DNA from: Vicugna vicugna | Lineage: Eukaryota | DNA: 64,000 nt | Direction: 5' to 3' | Assembly (NCBI GenBank): GCA_013265495.1 | Contig: MU061538.1 | Span: 2,634,865 to 2,698,864 of the forward strand | Part shown: piece by piece, positions 12,406 to 25,644 of the stretch | Numbering within the stretch: the stretch's first letter is position 1 | How the letters are laid out: every line of letters begins with the position of its first letter | Made by a program: the position numbers and the translations under genes | The notes under the pieces: model-generated | Databases searched by the model: none | Told to the model about the DNA's origin: nothing | Seen by the model: the letters and a program-made list of their open reading frames with translations, nothing else

Positions 12406-14204
12406 TCCCTCAAAGCCTTTCCTCCCATTTCCAAGCTCCCAGACACTTCAGAAGGCATCCTCTGAAAATGCAATAATCATACACTTACTGCCCTTTTTTT
12501 TAAAGAGACATTTTTTAAAAAAGAATCTAGATAAGGGAAGAGCTAGGAGGAAGAAAGACTGATTAAATCTGGGTTCCGTTATCACCTAACTTAATTTCTG
12601 GTGATTCAAGTGCCTCACAGAAAAGCACAGAGTTAACTGTGCAGTGAGGTGGGATTTCAGGAATATGAAATAACAATCTGAGAAAGTGAAACCATGTTGT
12701 TTCTGCTGAAGTGATAAACGGTTGTTCAGCCAGTGTTTCAGGAGAGAGTTCTGCCTCCGAGAGAAGGCAGGTGGCGTAAGCCTGGACCTTGATCCATTTC
12801 AGCCCCCTGACCTGTCAAGTTCACTGGACAATTTCTCTCTAGTTCTCTGATCTTATTGTACCACCCACTGCTGTCTTTGTGACCTTGTCCTGGTAACTCA
12901 GCTCAGACTTCTGAATGACTGCCTGTGGGTCCCAACTGGCTTGAGTCTTCCCGAAAATAGCAACCCCCGGGTCAGCCGGCTGCTTGTAACTTACGCTCCC
13001 AAAGGCTCCCCAACCCCACCTGACATTTACCAACAGGCTCGCTTCTAAACCAGGCAATAGACTCCAGAGAAAACCAGAGGGACGGGCTTAGAAGTACTCC
13101 TTTTCATGGTTTATATAAACCTCTGCCTTTAAAATAGGATGCATAATGTAACAATGCTTTGAAAAGGGCTTCTTTATGGATAAATAAGCAGGCACATTTG
13201 CCGTAACTTAGCGCCTTAACGCAAGCATGAATAATGAGCCACCGCCATCCTTTAGATAAAACGGCTCTTTAGCGGGAGGATTCAATAAATACGCAGGATG
13301 CGCCAAACACCTCTTCTAGGGCTGATGATGAAACGTCTACAGAAAGGCTGTTAAGCTTCTCCCAGGGACCCACTTCTCAGTACCTGGAAGTCTGCGACTA
13401 ACTCCGAGGTTAGGAGCAGTGTCAATTCATTCTTCCTTTTATGAGAATCTGTCAGAACTTCCTCTTTCAGGTTTGTTTCAATTTACAGAATGGTGCGAAC
13501 TCGCCACTGAAGTTCAAGGGATGTAGACCTCGTCCCTCAAGGATTTCATAACTCAGGGGGTCTCACTTACTGTGGCAGGCACCACACTGCCTCCCCAAGG
13601 GCCTCGCACACTTCCAGCTCAGCAGAAGTACTTGCTTCTCAGCCCTCACAGGGAAGGGTGACCATGCAACAGAGTTACAGCAAATAAACCAACTCCTGGC
13701 TGGTTTCAGGGAAAGACAGAAATACATGAGGCGAGTTCTGATTTTCCCTGCCTTCCTGGGAGGATGTGAGATGAGATGTGTGAAGCCCCTACAGCCACTT
13801 TGCCAGCACGATGATGATGGTGGCAGAGAAAGATGGTCCTCAAGCCACTGAATCATCCTGGGACTGGCTGGGTCTAGAGCTATGGGTGGAAGTATTTTAG
13901 TTAAATAGATACATTGTCACATCTGGGCTTGGATAAATGCTCAAGCTGATTCCTAAGATGGTCAACAGGTAGGCTGACCGGGTCCGTGAGCTTCTTGAAA
14001 CATCCAGATTCTCATGAGTGCACAGGTGCCCTTTTAAAAATCTATGATGTTACATATTAGGTTGCCCTTGGGGAGATTAAAAATGAAAAAGGGCATGGGG
14101 GGTGGTTTTGGGGTCCTGGCTGCATTCTGGGTTTTTGTTTGTTTGTTTGTTTTTTGATCTGGGTACAGACTATGTAGTTTGTTCAGTTTGAAAATTAATC
14201 AAAC

Positions 14205-14305
14205 AATATAATATTATATATATATGTAGCCTTTCAGACTGGCTTCTTTAGCTTATATAATGCCTATATATATTTATATAAAATGTCTATATATATATTT
14301 ATATA
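14205..14305. repeat. (TA)n-rich low-complexity tract
   Basis: Directly visible. Confidence 0.8.
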
Positions 14306-14354
14306 CAATGTTTTAAAAATTGTTTGTTCCAGAATTTTTAAAAGATAAGCTGAA

Positions 14355-15210
14355 AACACTACGATACCATGACACACCTATTAGCACGATCAGTGAAAAC
14401 ATCGGGGACACCAACACCCCCAAATGCTGGTGAGGACGTGGAGCAACAGGAACTCTCATTCACTGCTGGGGACACAGGGGAGCGAAAAATGCTGCAACCA
14501 CTTCTGCAGACAGTTTGGTGGTTTCTTAAAAACTAAACATACTCTTATGCTACAATGCAGCAATCATGCTCCTCGGCATTTACCAAAGGAGTTGAGACTT
14601 TATTTCTTACAAAAACCTTTCCATGAATGTTTACAGCAGCTTTACTCATAACTTCTAAAACTTGGAAGCAACCAAGATGTTCTTTGGTAGGTAAACGGAT
14701 AAATAAACTGTGGTACGTCCAGACAATGGCATTTTATTTAGTGTCAAAAAGAAATAAACTACCAAACCATGAAAAGACAAAGAGGCGCCCTCACTGCCTG
14801 TTGGTAAGTGAAAGAAGCCAGTCTGAAAAGGCTGCAGGTGGCATTCGGGGAAACGTCAAACTATGGCGACAATAAAAGAAGAATCGTTGTTTGCCACACG
14901 TTATGGGCACAGAGGATTTTCAGGACAGCGAGACGACTCCGTAAGATTCTGTAAAGGTAGGGATACGGGCCATTATAAATTTGTCCAAGTCCACAGACTG
15001 TACAGACTGTACGAGACCCAGAGTGAACCTGGAGGTGAACTACGGGCTTTCGAGCGATAATGACATATCAACCTAGGTTCATGAACTGTCACAAAGTAGC
15101 ATCCGGTGAGGGATGGAAATGACGCGGATGCCACGCATTTCCAGCGGGGGTACTGGGGAAACTGACCTTCCTCTCAATGTTGTTGCTCTAAAAAAGTCAA
15201 CTCTACTAAA
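14355..15210 (+). mobile_element. Old L1 (L1MC1-like) ORF2 end plus 3' UTR
   Basis: Degenerate ORF2 peptides (AALLITSKTWKQPRC, INKLWYVQTM) and an L1MC-type UTR (gaaagaagccagtctgaaaaggct...ccattataaatttgtccaa). Confidence 0.82.
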
Positions 15211-17929
15211 ATCTCCACGGAAATCTTACTACAGAGCTTCCTTTGTAACAACTTTTAAGTGGAAGGATTCTCTCAACTGTAGTTTCAGTATATAGCTTCT
15301 CCCCACGTAAGCCCCTTTCATTTTATTTCGACTCTGGTGTAAATTCAGAACACCTGACTTTCTGACTTGCATGCGCTTGCCCTCTCCTGTAAGAGAATCT
15401 GACTTATGAGCTGTAACTGTCAATTCGCTGGATTTCTCTCCCTTTCATCAAAGCCTGTTGAGTCCAACAGGAAGAAGATGAGCTGAGTACCGGCCATGCA
15501 GGTACAGACATGAGACCCTAACCCAACAGTTAGGGGATTCCAGTTCCGTAAGGGTAATCTCTGTGTTGTGTTCCCTCCCGAGACATTAATGAGTCGAATT
15601 CTGATAAGCTCTGCTTGATTTAACCCAAAGTCTACAACCTTCAGTGTGACTTTGAAATGCCCAGGGCTTTTCGTTCATGTACCACCTGAACGTGTCCTAG
15701 AGTTTTCCATCCCAAACCACTGTCCCGCTTCTCTGAAGTGAAAATCCGTAAGAGTCAAATGTCAGAGATGTTTTAATGCAAATGTGACGCTACTGGACGT
15801 GTCAGCCCCCATCAATAGCTGTGGCACCGGAGGACGTCAGACTGCAGCTGCCCCACAGAGAGGCGCGCGCTGCGTGGGACCTACTCAGCCACACAGTTAA
15901 TATCTGAAAATAGAAAGGTAACTTCGAGTCTGTTATTCCAAGGAGAAATTTAGAAAAGAGCACAGACCAGCAAGGGAGAAATGAATGACAAAATCGAAAA
16001 GGACACATTCTCACTGGGCTAATCCCTTTGGAACGAAGATTGCCTTAAACGCTTTTAATGTGATTTCCAAAACATAAATTGTGCGTAACTGGTGATAATT
16101 AGGTTGCACTACGAATAAAGGAACGTGTCGCTCAGAAGGGTTACCAGGGGGCCCTTCGAGATCCTGGGGCATCAAGAGGACACCCATCACAGATCTCCCT
16201 CCCAGGCTGGAAAGGGGCCCACACGTACTCGGAAGCATTTTCACCCAACGACTGAATCCAGTGAGCTCAGAATGGGGTTTGGGGGTAAGCGGAAAGCAGA
16301 TACTGCAATCTGAGTTTCCACCAACCAGAATACAAGACTGGAAACAGGTAGCACTTGAAAAGATCGTTTTTTAAAAAGCACACGCTTTGAGTTCAAAGTC
16401 GGTCTGTCAAACGGAAGCAAGGCTGGCGGGGACGCAGCCAGGACGGTGCACCTCTGTACAGGGCGCTGTTGCTCCCAGGACCCTCTGTTCTTCAAGACTA
16501 GCCCTCCTCCCTTGTGCAGCGGATGCCACTCTGGCCTGTGCTCACCGCGTGTCACGTCAGCAAGGCAGCTCTGCGCTACTCAGCAGGCGCTGAGCCGAGA
16601 TCCACTGTGACCTGTTTTACTTCTGCTTCGTGGTGACCCTGCTGTGAGGTGCCCCCTGCACACGTTCTGTTTCTAGATGGGCTCTAAGCTCTCGTGGAGA
16701 ACACGTGCATCTTCTTTTCTGACATCTTACCCAGGACGCAATTCAAGGCCCTCAGTCCCCTGCCCACAGGGATCATTAATGTTTGATGAGTGCAGATGCA
16801 CCAGTGGTTGGTGTGAGGATGCGCTGTGTGTTGGTGAATTCGAGAAAGCTCTGAATGATTCGACATCCTCTTCTGTCTGGCAGATTTTTGAATCTGGAAC
16901 AGAAGCCACTGCTGTGTCCCAGGAGAGTGGATGCAGAAAGCCCGTGATGGGAGGCATTCAGCGCTGAACCGTCTTGTCCGGCCGTCCTAAACCCAGGACA
17001 CACAGCCCCAGAGCGGAGCAGCACGACCCGGAGGAAGGAGCACTGGTGACGGAAGCCCGACAGAGCCAGGGAGACAGGCAGGTGCACCCACATGTTTATT
17101 TTAACAGAAGAATAGAAGAAATTCCGCTCTTCAAAGCCTTTTCTGGAACCGAGAGGTTCACGGGAGCCTCAGCCTCCTCGCGGTCGCCCCTGACAACCGG
17201 CCAGCAGCATCCGGCGACACAGCGGTTTGCGGTGACGGTGCTCTCTGCTTGTTGCAGCAGGGATGCTGCCGTGGCCGCCCCGCTGCGCAGGAACCGAATG
17301 TCAAACACTCAGGACCGGCGGCTGCATTTGAGAGGACGGGGTTGACAGGTTTCGCTGCCCAGCCGCGAAGAGCCGGGACGGCGCGCTGCCCAGCGCCGTG
17401 CTGCGCACGTGGAAGGAAAGGTCCCAGACTGGTTCTTAGCCTCAAGCCACTTGGCCCAGACATCTCCCACCTGGCGTGCTGCCCCGCACTTCGCTGGGAG
17501 GAGCCTGGGCAGCCATTCTACCCCCTGAAGTGCCGACTGCAGGAGCCCTCGGTTCTGGTGACATCAACGCTCACGTACCTTGTGGGGGGGCGACTGCAAA
17601 CTACCCCAAACACCCTTGCTCCCTAAGTCCCAGCGTGGGTGCTGGACAACCGCGTGGCATATCTCCAACCACCTCTCACACAGAGCACGGTGCTGCTCAG
17701 AGCAAAGCCACGGTAGCAGCACCTGCTCCCCACGTCCCGGGGGCACCTGCTTTCCCTTCCACTCACTAAAAACATGTGGTTGCCAAAGTCCCCAGCGCTT
17801 ATTAGTTAATTTTAAATTAATAAAAACATGAGCAAAATGGTAAGACAGAAGGGACTGGTCTTTACCAATTCCCTGCTCCAACCCTCTCGAATCTAATCTA
17901 CTCATTTAAATTTAAATCCAACTGTTCTG

Positions 17930-18205
17930 ACTTTTGTCAAATGCTTATTCTGTGTCTATTGAGATGATCATCCCCCCTCTAGTCTATTAACGCGGATGTG
18001 TTACACTGATTTTTCTAAGTTAAATCCAGTTTTCCATCCTGGGACGAGTCCCGCCTGGTCGCGGCGCACAGTCCTTCTTACACGTTGCTGGTGTTTGGTT
18101 CAGTTTGCTGGGTTTTTGTTGAGATTTCTGCCTCTATATTCATAGGAAACGTTGGTGTGTAGTTTTTTTTTTCTTGTGATATCTTATTGGCTTTTGGTTT
18201 CATGG
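17930..18205 (-). mobile_element. L1 ORF2 (RT region) fragment, antisense
   Basis: tttgtcaaatgcttattctgtgtctattgagatgatcat...ttgttgagatttctgcctctatattcatagg, characteristic antisense L1 ORF2. Confidence 0.8.
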
Positions 18206-18985
18206 TCCAGATCGCCCTTTTTTCTTTTAAATTTTGTGATTTTAGTTAAATAGACCTCAAAATCTGCCTGCACTTTTTGTACCTAACAAAAAATTTTTAC
18301 AATGCATTTTTTCCATCTTAAGGTCTAATTAATATCCATGTAGTCCATTTATTGAGGCTAGGAATTCTTTTTTTTTGTGTATGTCCAAACAAAATTGACA
18401 TCTACTACAGACAAAGGCTTTCTTTCCTCCCCAATCTCATCACTCTCTGGCAACTAAATCCTTACCGCTCCACGAAAGCCCACTTCACATGCTGCCTTCT
18501 CCACGAACTTTCTCATAAAGGGTCACTCCCTCGCTCTCCTCTAAGCTTCTAAAGAATTTATTTTTAAAACATTCAATAGTCCACACCTATAAATGACAAT
18601 GTTTGTGTATGTTTTCTTCTCTGAGAGATTTATTTTATATTTTTACTTCATCAGTAGTATCTCATAAGACTTTATCCCTAGTTCATAATCAATACATGTT
18701 GCTTTAATAATTTCCTTAATTCACCCTTGATATAACACCCAGGAATGCCATGAGATGTATAAAATTATTATATTTATAACAACACCACCTTTAAGCTCAT
18801 CACGCATAAGGAAGTACCTGTGAATTTTAACATATGCCAAGCATTTCCACCCAGTCAACAATGGTCTAAATAAATTCAAAGCATATAAAATGGATCTTTT
18901 TCACTGAAAGTGTATTACATCATTTTACCATATGGCACCATGAGAATCAGAACCTGGGAAAAATAAATCACACAACAGGCAGTTA

Positions 18986-19177
<192 letters not shown>

Positions 19178-21661
19178 CTAAAACAACAGCAGAAGAGAGA
19201 AACTCCGTGAGCAAAATAAGGAACTAAAATAAGCCGAGTAGACACACTTCATTTAAATCAAGAGCCCAGGCGTCGTCCCATCCCGGAAGCTGCGAGGAAC
19301 TCCTTTCTCTGCCCTCTGCCTCGGTGTCCAAGAGCCCCAGGCTCTCCTCTCTGCCCCACGGCAAGGCCTTATCTCAGGAAAGAAGCTGATATTATAACAC
19401 ATTTACAGCTTTTCTGTAACTTCGTGCTTCTCCACCCAATAAACCTGGTTCTACAGCATAGGTGATGATGGAGTTTCTCATTACAGCCAACCTATTAAGT
19501 CTCATCAAATCAAACTCAAGGATGATGAATTTTTCCAGCCCCAAGAACTCTTTCATCTTCCTCTTCTTTGACATCCACACCATTAATTTCTATTGCAGGC
19601 TATTAAATTCAATTTTTGTTTAGCACATACTATGTGCCAATTTCAATCAATGTCTGCCCACTTCCCACCACCTGGTGCCTCTTCTTCCTTCCATAGCTGC
19701 TCGCACAAAGCTTCAAGGCTTCCCAGATCTCTCTTCACTGTGAACACACCTATCGCGGTTCTAGGTTTCAGTCCCCTCCGGGAACCGTATTTGCATTACA
19801 GCAGGTGTTGGGGGTGGGGGGGGCCTGGAGACATCACTAAAGAATGCTAAAGTTTGAATAAATCTAGAAAATTAATCAGGCTGAGACCAAACTTTCAGTT
19901 CCTTTCAAATTAGGAATGATTATATAATTTACAGTCTAAACTAGGATCTTTTGAGAGACAAAGGGGATAATATGAATAATTAAGTCATAAATATAATGGT
20001 TATATATACTGCTATTAATGATTATTAATTGTACACGAGCAACTGGGACTCTCCAGGGAAAATAAAAGCGTATGGTCACACCGCAAATGACCTACCGTCC
20101 CTTCTGCCCATACACAGATCACAAAATATTCTTATCGTGCCCACAACTGCAACTCATATTAACTCCAAGTCAAAATGCAACAGAATGGAGTCAGCCTCCA
20201 AAAGCAGGTAACGCAACACACAAACGCATGTGTACCCAAGGCTGCAGGCTCGTGAGGATATATCAGATTGCTGCAAAGTAAGGCAATGCTCAGTCACGGG
20301 ATGGCAAGTCATTACCATCTGACATGCAGACAGTTCACACTGGCCATCTGGGTTACACAAATAAGGAAAACTTGGCTCTAAACAGTTAACACTGGCTATC
20401 TCGTTGGTTAATTGGTTATCAAATTAAGAAAAATTCTGAGGACCATTATAGCCTTAGCAGGAAGGGGGTCTACAGTTTTTAGAAATTTCTACCAGTATTC
20501 TTACGTGCCATCCAGGACTTAATTTGTCTATTAAAAGTGGCTTTTCAGCACTTAAAAATAAGACTAAACATAAGCATGAAATCATGACAAAAAGTTGCAC
20601 TGAGTCAACCTCGTTTCCTATGGGAAAGGCTTTCTGTGCAGGGAAATCACTGGCTAATGACAGGAAGTGATCAGCTCTCGCTGAGGAAGAAGGTGGAAGT
20701 CAGGGATCTCAGTGGTGCCTAACACAGGGTATGTTCCACAGACATACAGGGCGTGGAAAGAAAGATGCAGGGCTGTGACACTGCCACGGAAGGTGGGGAG
20801 AGCAGGAAGCCAGGGCAGTTCAGAAAGGTGACAAAGACTGCTTCCTCCTGCTCGCTGGCCTAAGAAAAGATTTTGCCTAGAAAACCAATTCAGTATATAC
20901 TACTGGTGGCAGAATGCACAATAAGATAACTAAGCAGGTGCTGACAGCAGAGCCCACTTAAGCGAGGTGACCTCGGATCACTGACGCCACTTCCTAAGCA
21001 CAGGCGCGCCAGGCTGTCTTCCGGGCAACGGCGCACACGTAAAAAGCAAGGTAATTTCACCCACAGAAAAGCAGGCAGTCTTTATTAAATCCATTTTCAT
21101 TTGTCAAATTTCATTTTCAGAGTGCAGGTAATTTTTTTAACTACACAATATTGTTACAATAATAGTAGGAAACAAAGAGAAAAAAGAAAAAAACCATGAA
21201 CAATCTTGCTAACCCAAGAAAACAGAAGCTTTCATTTTTCCGTCTTCCTCTCCCGCCCTGGTCTACAGGCATATTTAATTTCTACACAGGTGTAACCAGA
21301 ACAGAGGTAAGGGTTTTGAGTTAGAATGCAGGTTATCAGGGAACATCTAACTTGAACATCTCATTTGTCATCCCAGATTCAGGCTTCCTCATCTTATCTT
21401 GCAGAACTTGAATTATCAAATACTTGAGTAGACCTGTTTCTGCTTCCTTTGAAGGCCAAGAGGAGTTAATAAATTATCCCTGAAATGTTGAGCTTCCACA
21501 GTGCATTTCTCAATAGAATTATATATTTTTACCTAGAATGATGAGAACAAGGCTGTAAGATAATCTCTGTTCTGTTTGGTGCCACATGAATACCTTGGAG
21601 ATCCAGTAAAATGGAAAAGCATGTTGACAATTAAACGCTGGGTTAAGAAAGTGACAACTCT

Positions 21662-21828
21662 CCCATCTATTTATCCATCCATCCATCCACCCACCATCTA
21701 CCCACCATCCACCATCCACCCACCATCCACCATCCACCCACCATCCATCCATCCACCCACCATCTATCCATCTACCATCCATCCACCATCCACCCACCAT
21801 CCATCCATCCACCATCCACCCGTCCATC
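21662..21828. repeat. Degenerate (CCAT/CCAC)n microsatellite
   Basis: Directly visible; sits at the tail of an antisense L2. Confidence 0.93.
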
Positions 21829-22925
21829 AGATATTCATCCAGGGCTTACTCTGCCAGGCCCTGCTGTGAGAACCCCAGGTACAGCTGTGAAAAAAGCAAT
21901 GATCCTGTTATCAACCCGGTAAGTCCAGTGGCTTTCATTTTTTGCATATACCTTCCTCGTGTTCTAGTGCAGGGACAGAGGACACATGACACTGAGAGAA
22001 GAAACAAGCGGGACAAGGAGGTTTACATAATGAGACCAGAGAGATTTCCTAATAAGGTGGCATTTGAACAGAAACTGCAAGAAGTACAGCTGGGAAGGAG
22101 CACACCAGGCTGCTGGGATGGGCCTGGGCCCCCCCAGGTGCACATGCTGGCACCCTGGCCCTCACAGTGGTGGTTTATGAAGGTGGGGCCATGGGAGGTA
22201 ACTGGGATTAGATGAGGTCACAAGGGTGGGGCCCTTGCAATTGGGTTAGTGCCCTTATAAGAAGAGACCCCAGAAAGCTTGCCTGCCCACTCTCTCGCCA
22301 TCTGCACACATGGAGGAAACGCGGCGTAAGGACAGAGAAGGCGGCCATGTGCACCCAAGAAGACAGCCCTCACCAGACAGCACAGTGGCACCTCCATCTT
22401 GGACCTGCAGTGTCCAGAACTGTGAGAAGTAAGTGTGAGATGATGACATCTAGCCCGTGGTGCTGTTACAGAAGCCCCAGGCTGAGCAGGGCACCAGCCA
22501 GTGTCTGAGGGCAAACAGTCCAGGGGGAGGGAGAGGCAGGGATGCTGTGAGATGGCGTGTGCTCAGGTGTGGAGGACAGCAGAGGGACAGGGGCCAGCGC
22601 GGCCCCAGGGGTGTGAGTGAGGCGACCACGCTGAGCAAGGAGGGTGGGAGTGGGGGACTCGGGAGAGCAGGGCCTGGAGGTCATAGTGCCGGTTGTGGCT
22701 TTTCCTCTGAGTGCGAGGTGTGTGAGCACCACCGTGCATGGGCCAGATTCCCATTTAGAAAGACCATCAGGGGAGCTTCTAAAATGAGAGTGAAAAATAG
22801 GGAAGCAAAGGTGGGAACCGGAGGGACCCACTAGGAGGTCAGAGGGACAGAGCTCTGTGCCAGGTGGTAGCAGTGGAGGTGGTGAGAAGTGGTGGGTTCT
22901 GGGCATGTGACAGAAGACGTCAGTC
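21829..22925 (-). mobile_element. L2 fragments interrupted by an MLT1 LTR
   Basis: tattcatccagggcttactctgccaggccctg and aaggtggcatttgaacagaaactg...; L2-like sequence resumes after about 22494. Confidence 0.55.
22111..22493 (+). mobile_element. MLT1A-like solo LTR
   Basis: gaaggtggggccatgggaggtaactgggattagatgaggtca...gggttagtgcccttataagaagagacccc...tccagaactgtgagaa; TG...CA ends. Confidence 0.82.
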
Positions 22926-23063
22926 ACCAGTGCTATTCAGAGCAGAGCGTGCACACCTCGGGGTCAGGACACGTTCAGGCATCCCTTTCTCAATTACAGC
23001 CCTCTCTCACTTACAGCCCTCTCTGAGGCTCTTGGCTCCGTTCTCAAGGAAAAAGCACTTTGC

Positions 23064-24612
23064 TACAGTCATCAAAACAGCGTGGTGTTGGCACAAAAAC
23101 AGACATATGGGTCAACAGAACAGAACAGAGAGCCCAGAAATGAACCCATACACCTACAGCCAATTAATCTTCAACAAAGGAGGCAAGAATATTCAATAGA
23201 GAAAAGACAATCTCTTCAGCAAGTGGTGCTGGGAAAGCTGGACAGGTGCATGTAAATCAATGAAGTTGGAACACTCCCTCCCTCCATACACAAAAATAAA
23301 CTCAAAATGGCTTGAAGAATTAAATATAAGACAAGACACCATCTAGACACCAACCTTCTAGAAGAAAACACAGGCAAAACATTCTGTGACATAAATCTCA
23401 GCGATGCTCTCCTAGGACAGTCTCCCGAGGTAACAGAAATAAAAGCAAAAATAAACAAATAGGACCTAATGAAACATAAGCTTCTGCACAGTGAAGGAAA
23501 CCATAAACAAAATGAAGAGACAACCTAGCAAATGGGAGAAAATATTTACAAATGATGTGACTGACAAGGGCTTAATTTTTAGTAACAGGAAAACAAACGT
23601 CCCAATCCATAGATGGGCAGGAGACCAAAGAGACAGTTCTCCAAAGAAGACATACAGATCACCAACAGGCACATGGAAAAATGCTCAGCATTGCTAATTA
23701 TCAGAGAAAAGCAAATCAAAACTACGATGAGGTATCACCTCACACCACTTAGAATGGCCATCATTCAAAAGTCCACAAATGACAAATGCTGGAGAGGCTG
23801 TGGAGAAAAGGGAACCCTCCTACACTGCTGGTGGGAATGCAGTTTGGTGCAGCCGTGATGGAAAACAGTATGGAGGTTCCTTAAAAAATGGAAAATAAAC
23901 TTACCCTATGATCCAGCAACCCCACTCCTGGGCATATATCCAGAGAAAACTATAATTTGAGAAGATACATGCACCCAGTGTTCACAGCAGCACTATTTAC
24001 AACAGCCAAGACACGGGAGCAACCCACATGTCCACTGACAGATGACGGGGTAAAGAAGCTGTGGTATATATTTATGATAGAATATTACTCAGCCATAAAA
24101 AAGAATGAAATAATGTCATTTGCAGCCACATGAATGGACCTAGAGATCATCATACTAGAAAGTCAGACAGATAAAGACAAATATCATGTGATGTTACTTA
24201 TATGTGGAACATGAAAAGTGATACAAATGAACTCATTTACAAAATAGAAAGATTCACAAACATAGAAAACAAACTTATGGTTACACCAAAGGGGGAAGCA
24301 AGGAGAGGGATAAATTAGGAGTTTGGGATTAGCAGATACACACTAGTATATATAAAATAAGTGATAAGGTGATACTGTAGAGCACAGGGAACTACATTCC
24401 ATAGCTTGTAATAACCTATGATGGAAAAGAATCTGAAAAAGAATATACATATATATATACACGTATAACTTAAACATTATGCTGTACACCAGAAACTAAC
24501 ACAACATTGTAAATCAACTAAACTTCAATAAAAAATAAATTTTACATAATACATCTGCATTATTTTTGTAATCATAAACAACCAAATTGCTTTTACAAAA
24601 AAGAAAAGAAAA
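23064..24612 (+). mobile_element. 5'-truncated artiodactyl L1 (ORF2 3' part plus 3' UTR) with extra 3' segment and TSD
   Basis: ORF2 peptides ([46 protein letters not shown]) broken by frameshifts. TSD AAAAAGCACTTTGC 23050-23063 / AAAAAGCGCTTTGC 24613-24626. Confidence 0.93.
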
Positions 24613-25555
24613 AAAAAGCGCTTTGCACATCACTACAAAGCCAGTCTACCCTCTTCTGTCTACCTCTGAGCCAATCCTAAATTCTCCCCAATCCCTGCCC
24701 ACAACTTACTGCTCCTGGAGGAAGCTCTTCCCTCCCATGTCCCCACGCCCCCACAACTTTGCATATATCACTTCTGTTTCCTGGCAATTCTCTCCGGCTT
24801 CATTTCAACGGGCAAATCCCTTCCCATTCTTTAGCTGTCAGCTAAAACACCATTTCTGACACTTTGCGAAGCCTTGCCTGGTTGCACAGGCAGAATTCAT
24901 TATTCTTCCACCTGGACGCAATTGTAACACTTTGTAAATGCTTTTCTGTGACAGCACTGCACTGTTAAATTATGTATCTAGTGCTTGTGTCAAGCTACTT
25001 AAGGCAGTTGCCTCCATACGTTCCTGTTCCCAGCGCCTAACACGAAGCCTGGGACCCCACAGCGTCCAGGGGCTGTGTGCTGAATGGGCGGATGAATCTA
25101 TGGATGCTGTTATAAGAAGCAACTTTGTTACGTGCTGGCACATCTGTCTGTGAAGCAATTGTTGACTGATGCAGAAAGTAAAGCGTTAATACGAGCCCAA
25201 CTGCATTAACTGCGCCATGAATCGCAATCGGTCCTAAAAGACATAATGCAAACTGACATCTGTAGCTGGCAAGCCCCTCGTCCGGGTGACGTAATTGTTG
25301 CGCATACTTATTTTTAGCTCAGGCAGCAAGAAAACAAACAAGGAACTAAAGCCAAACTGAACCCTTTCCTAGGTTGTTTGCTGGTTTTAAATGCAAAATT
25401 AACTTTTTTAAACCGCTACCATCTTAGCCACCTGTGATTAGAACTTGATACTTTTTGTGTCAATTTTACAGCTGAAAGGGAAGGAATACAGATTAGAACA
25501 GTAATTACAGACCCCATGATGTCCTGTGAACTGCTTCCAGAATGACTCCCGAGTT

Positions 25556-25644
25556 GGGGGAGAGGGAAGGAGCTCGGCGGTAGAGCGCGTGCTCAGCATG
25601 CACGAGGTCCTGGGTTCCACCCCCGGTCCCTCCATTAAAAAAAA
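25556..25644 (+). mobile_element. vic-1-like SINE (short form)
   Basis: agctcggcggtagagcgcgtgctcagcatgcacgaggtcctgggttccacccccggtccctccattaaaaaaaa. Confidence 0.88.

Noticed and set aside
21662..21828. YCAY cluster as a NOVA splicing element near exon 2
   Set aside because: YCAY is on the + strand; the DPP6 pre-mRNA reads UGGA/UGGU. The W/G-rich and H/P-rich ORFs here are microsatellite artefacts.
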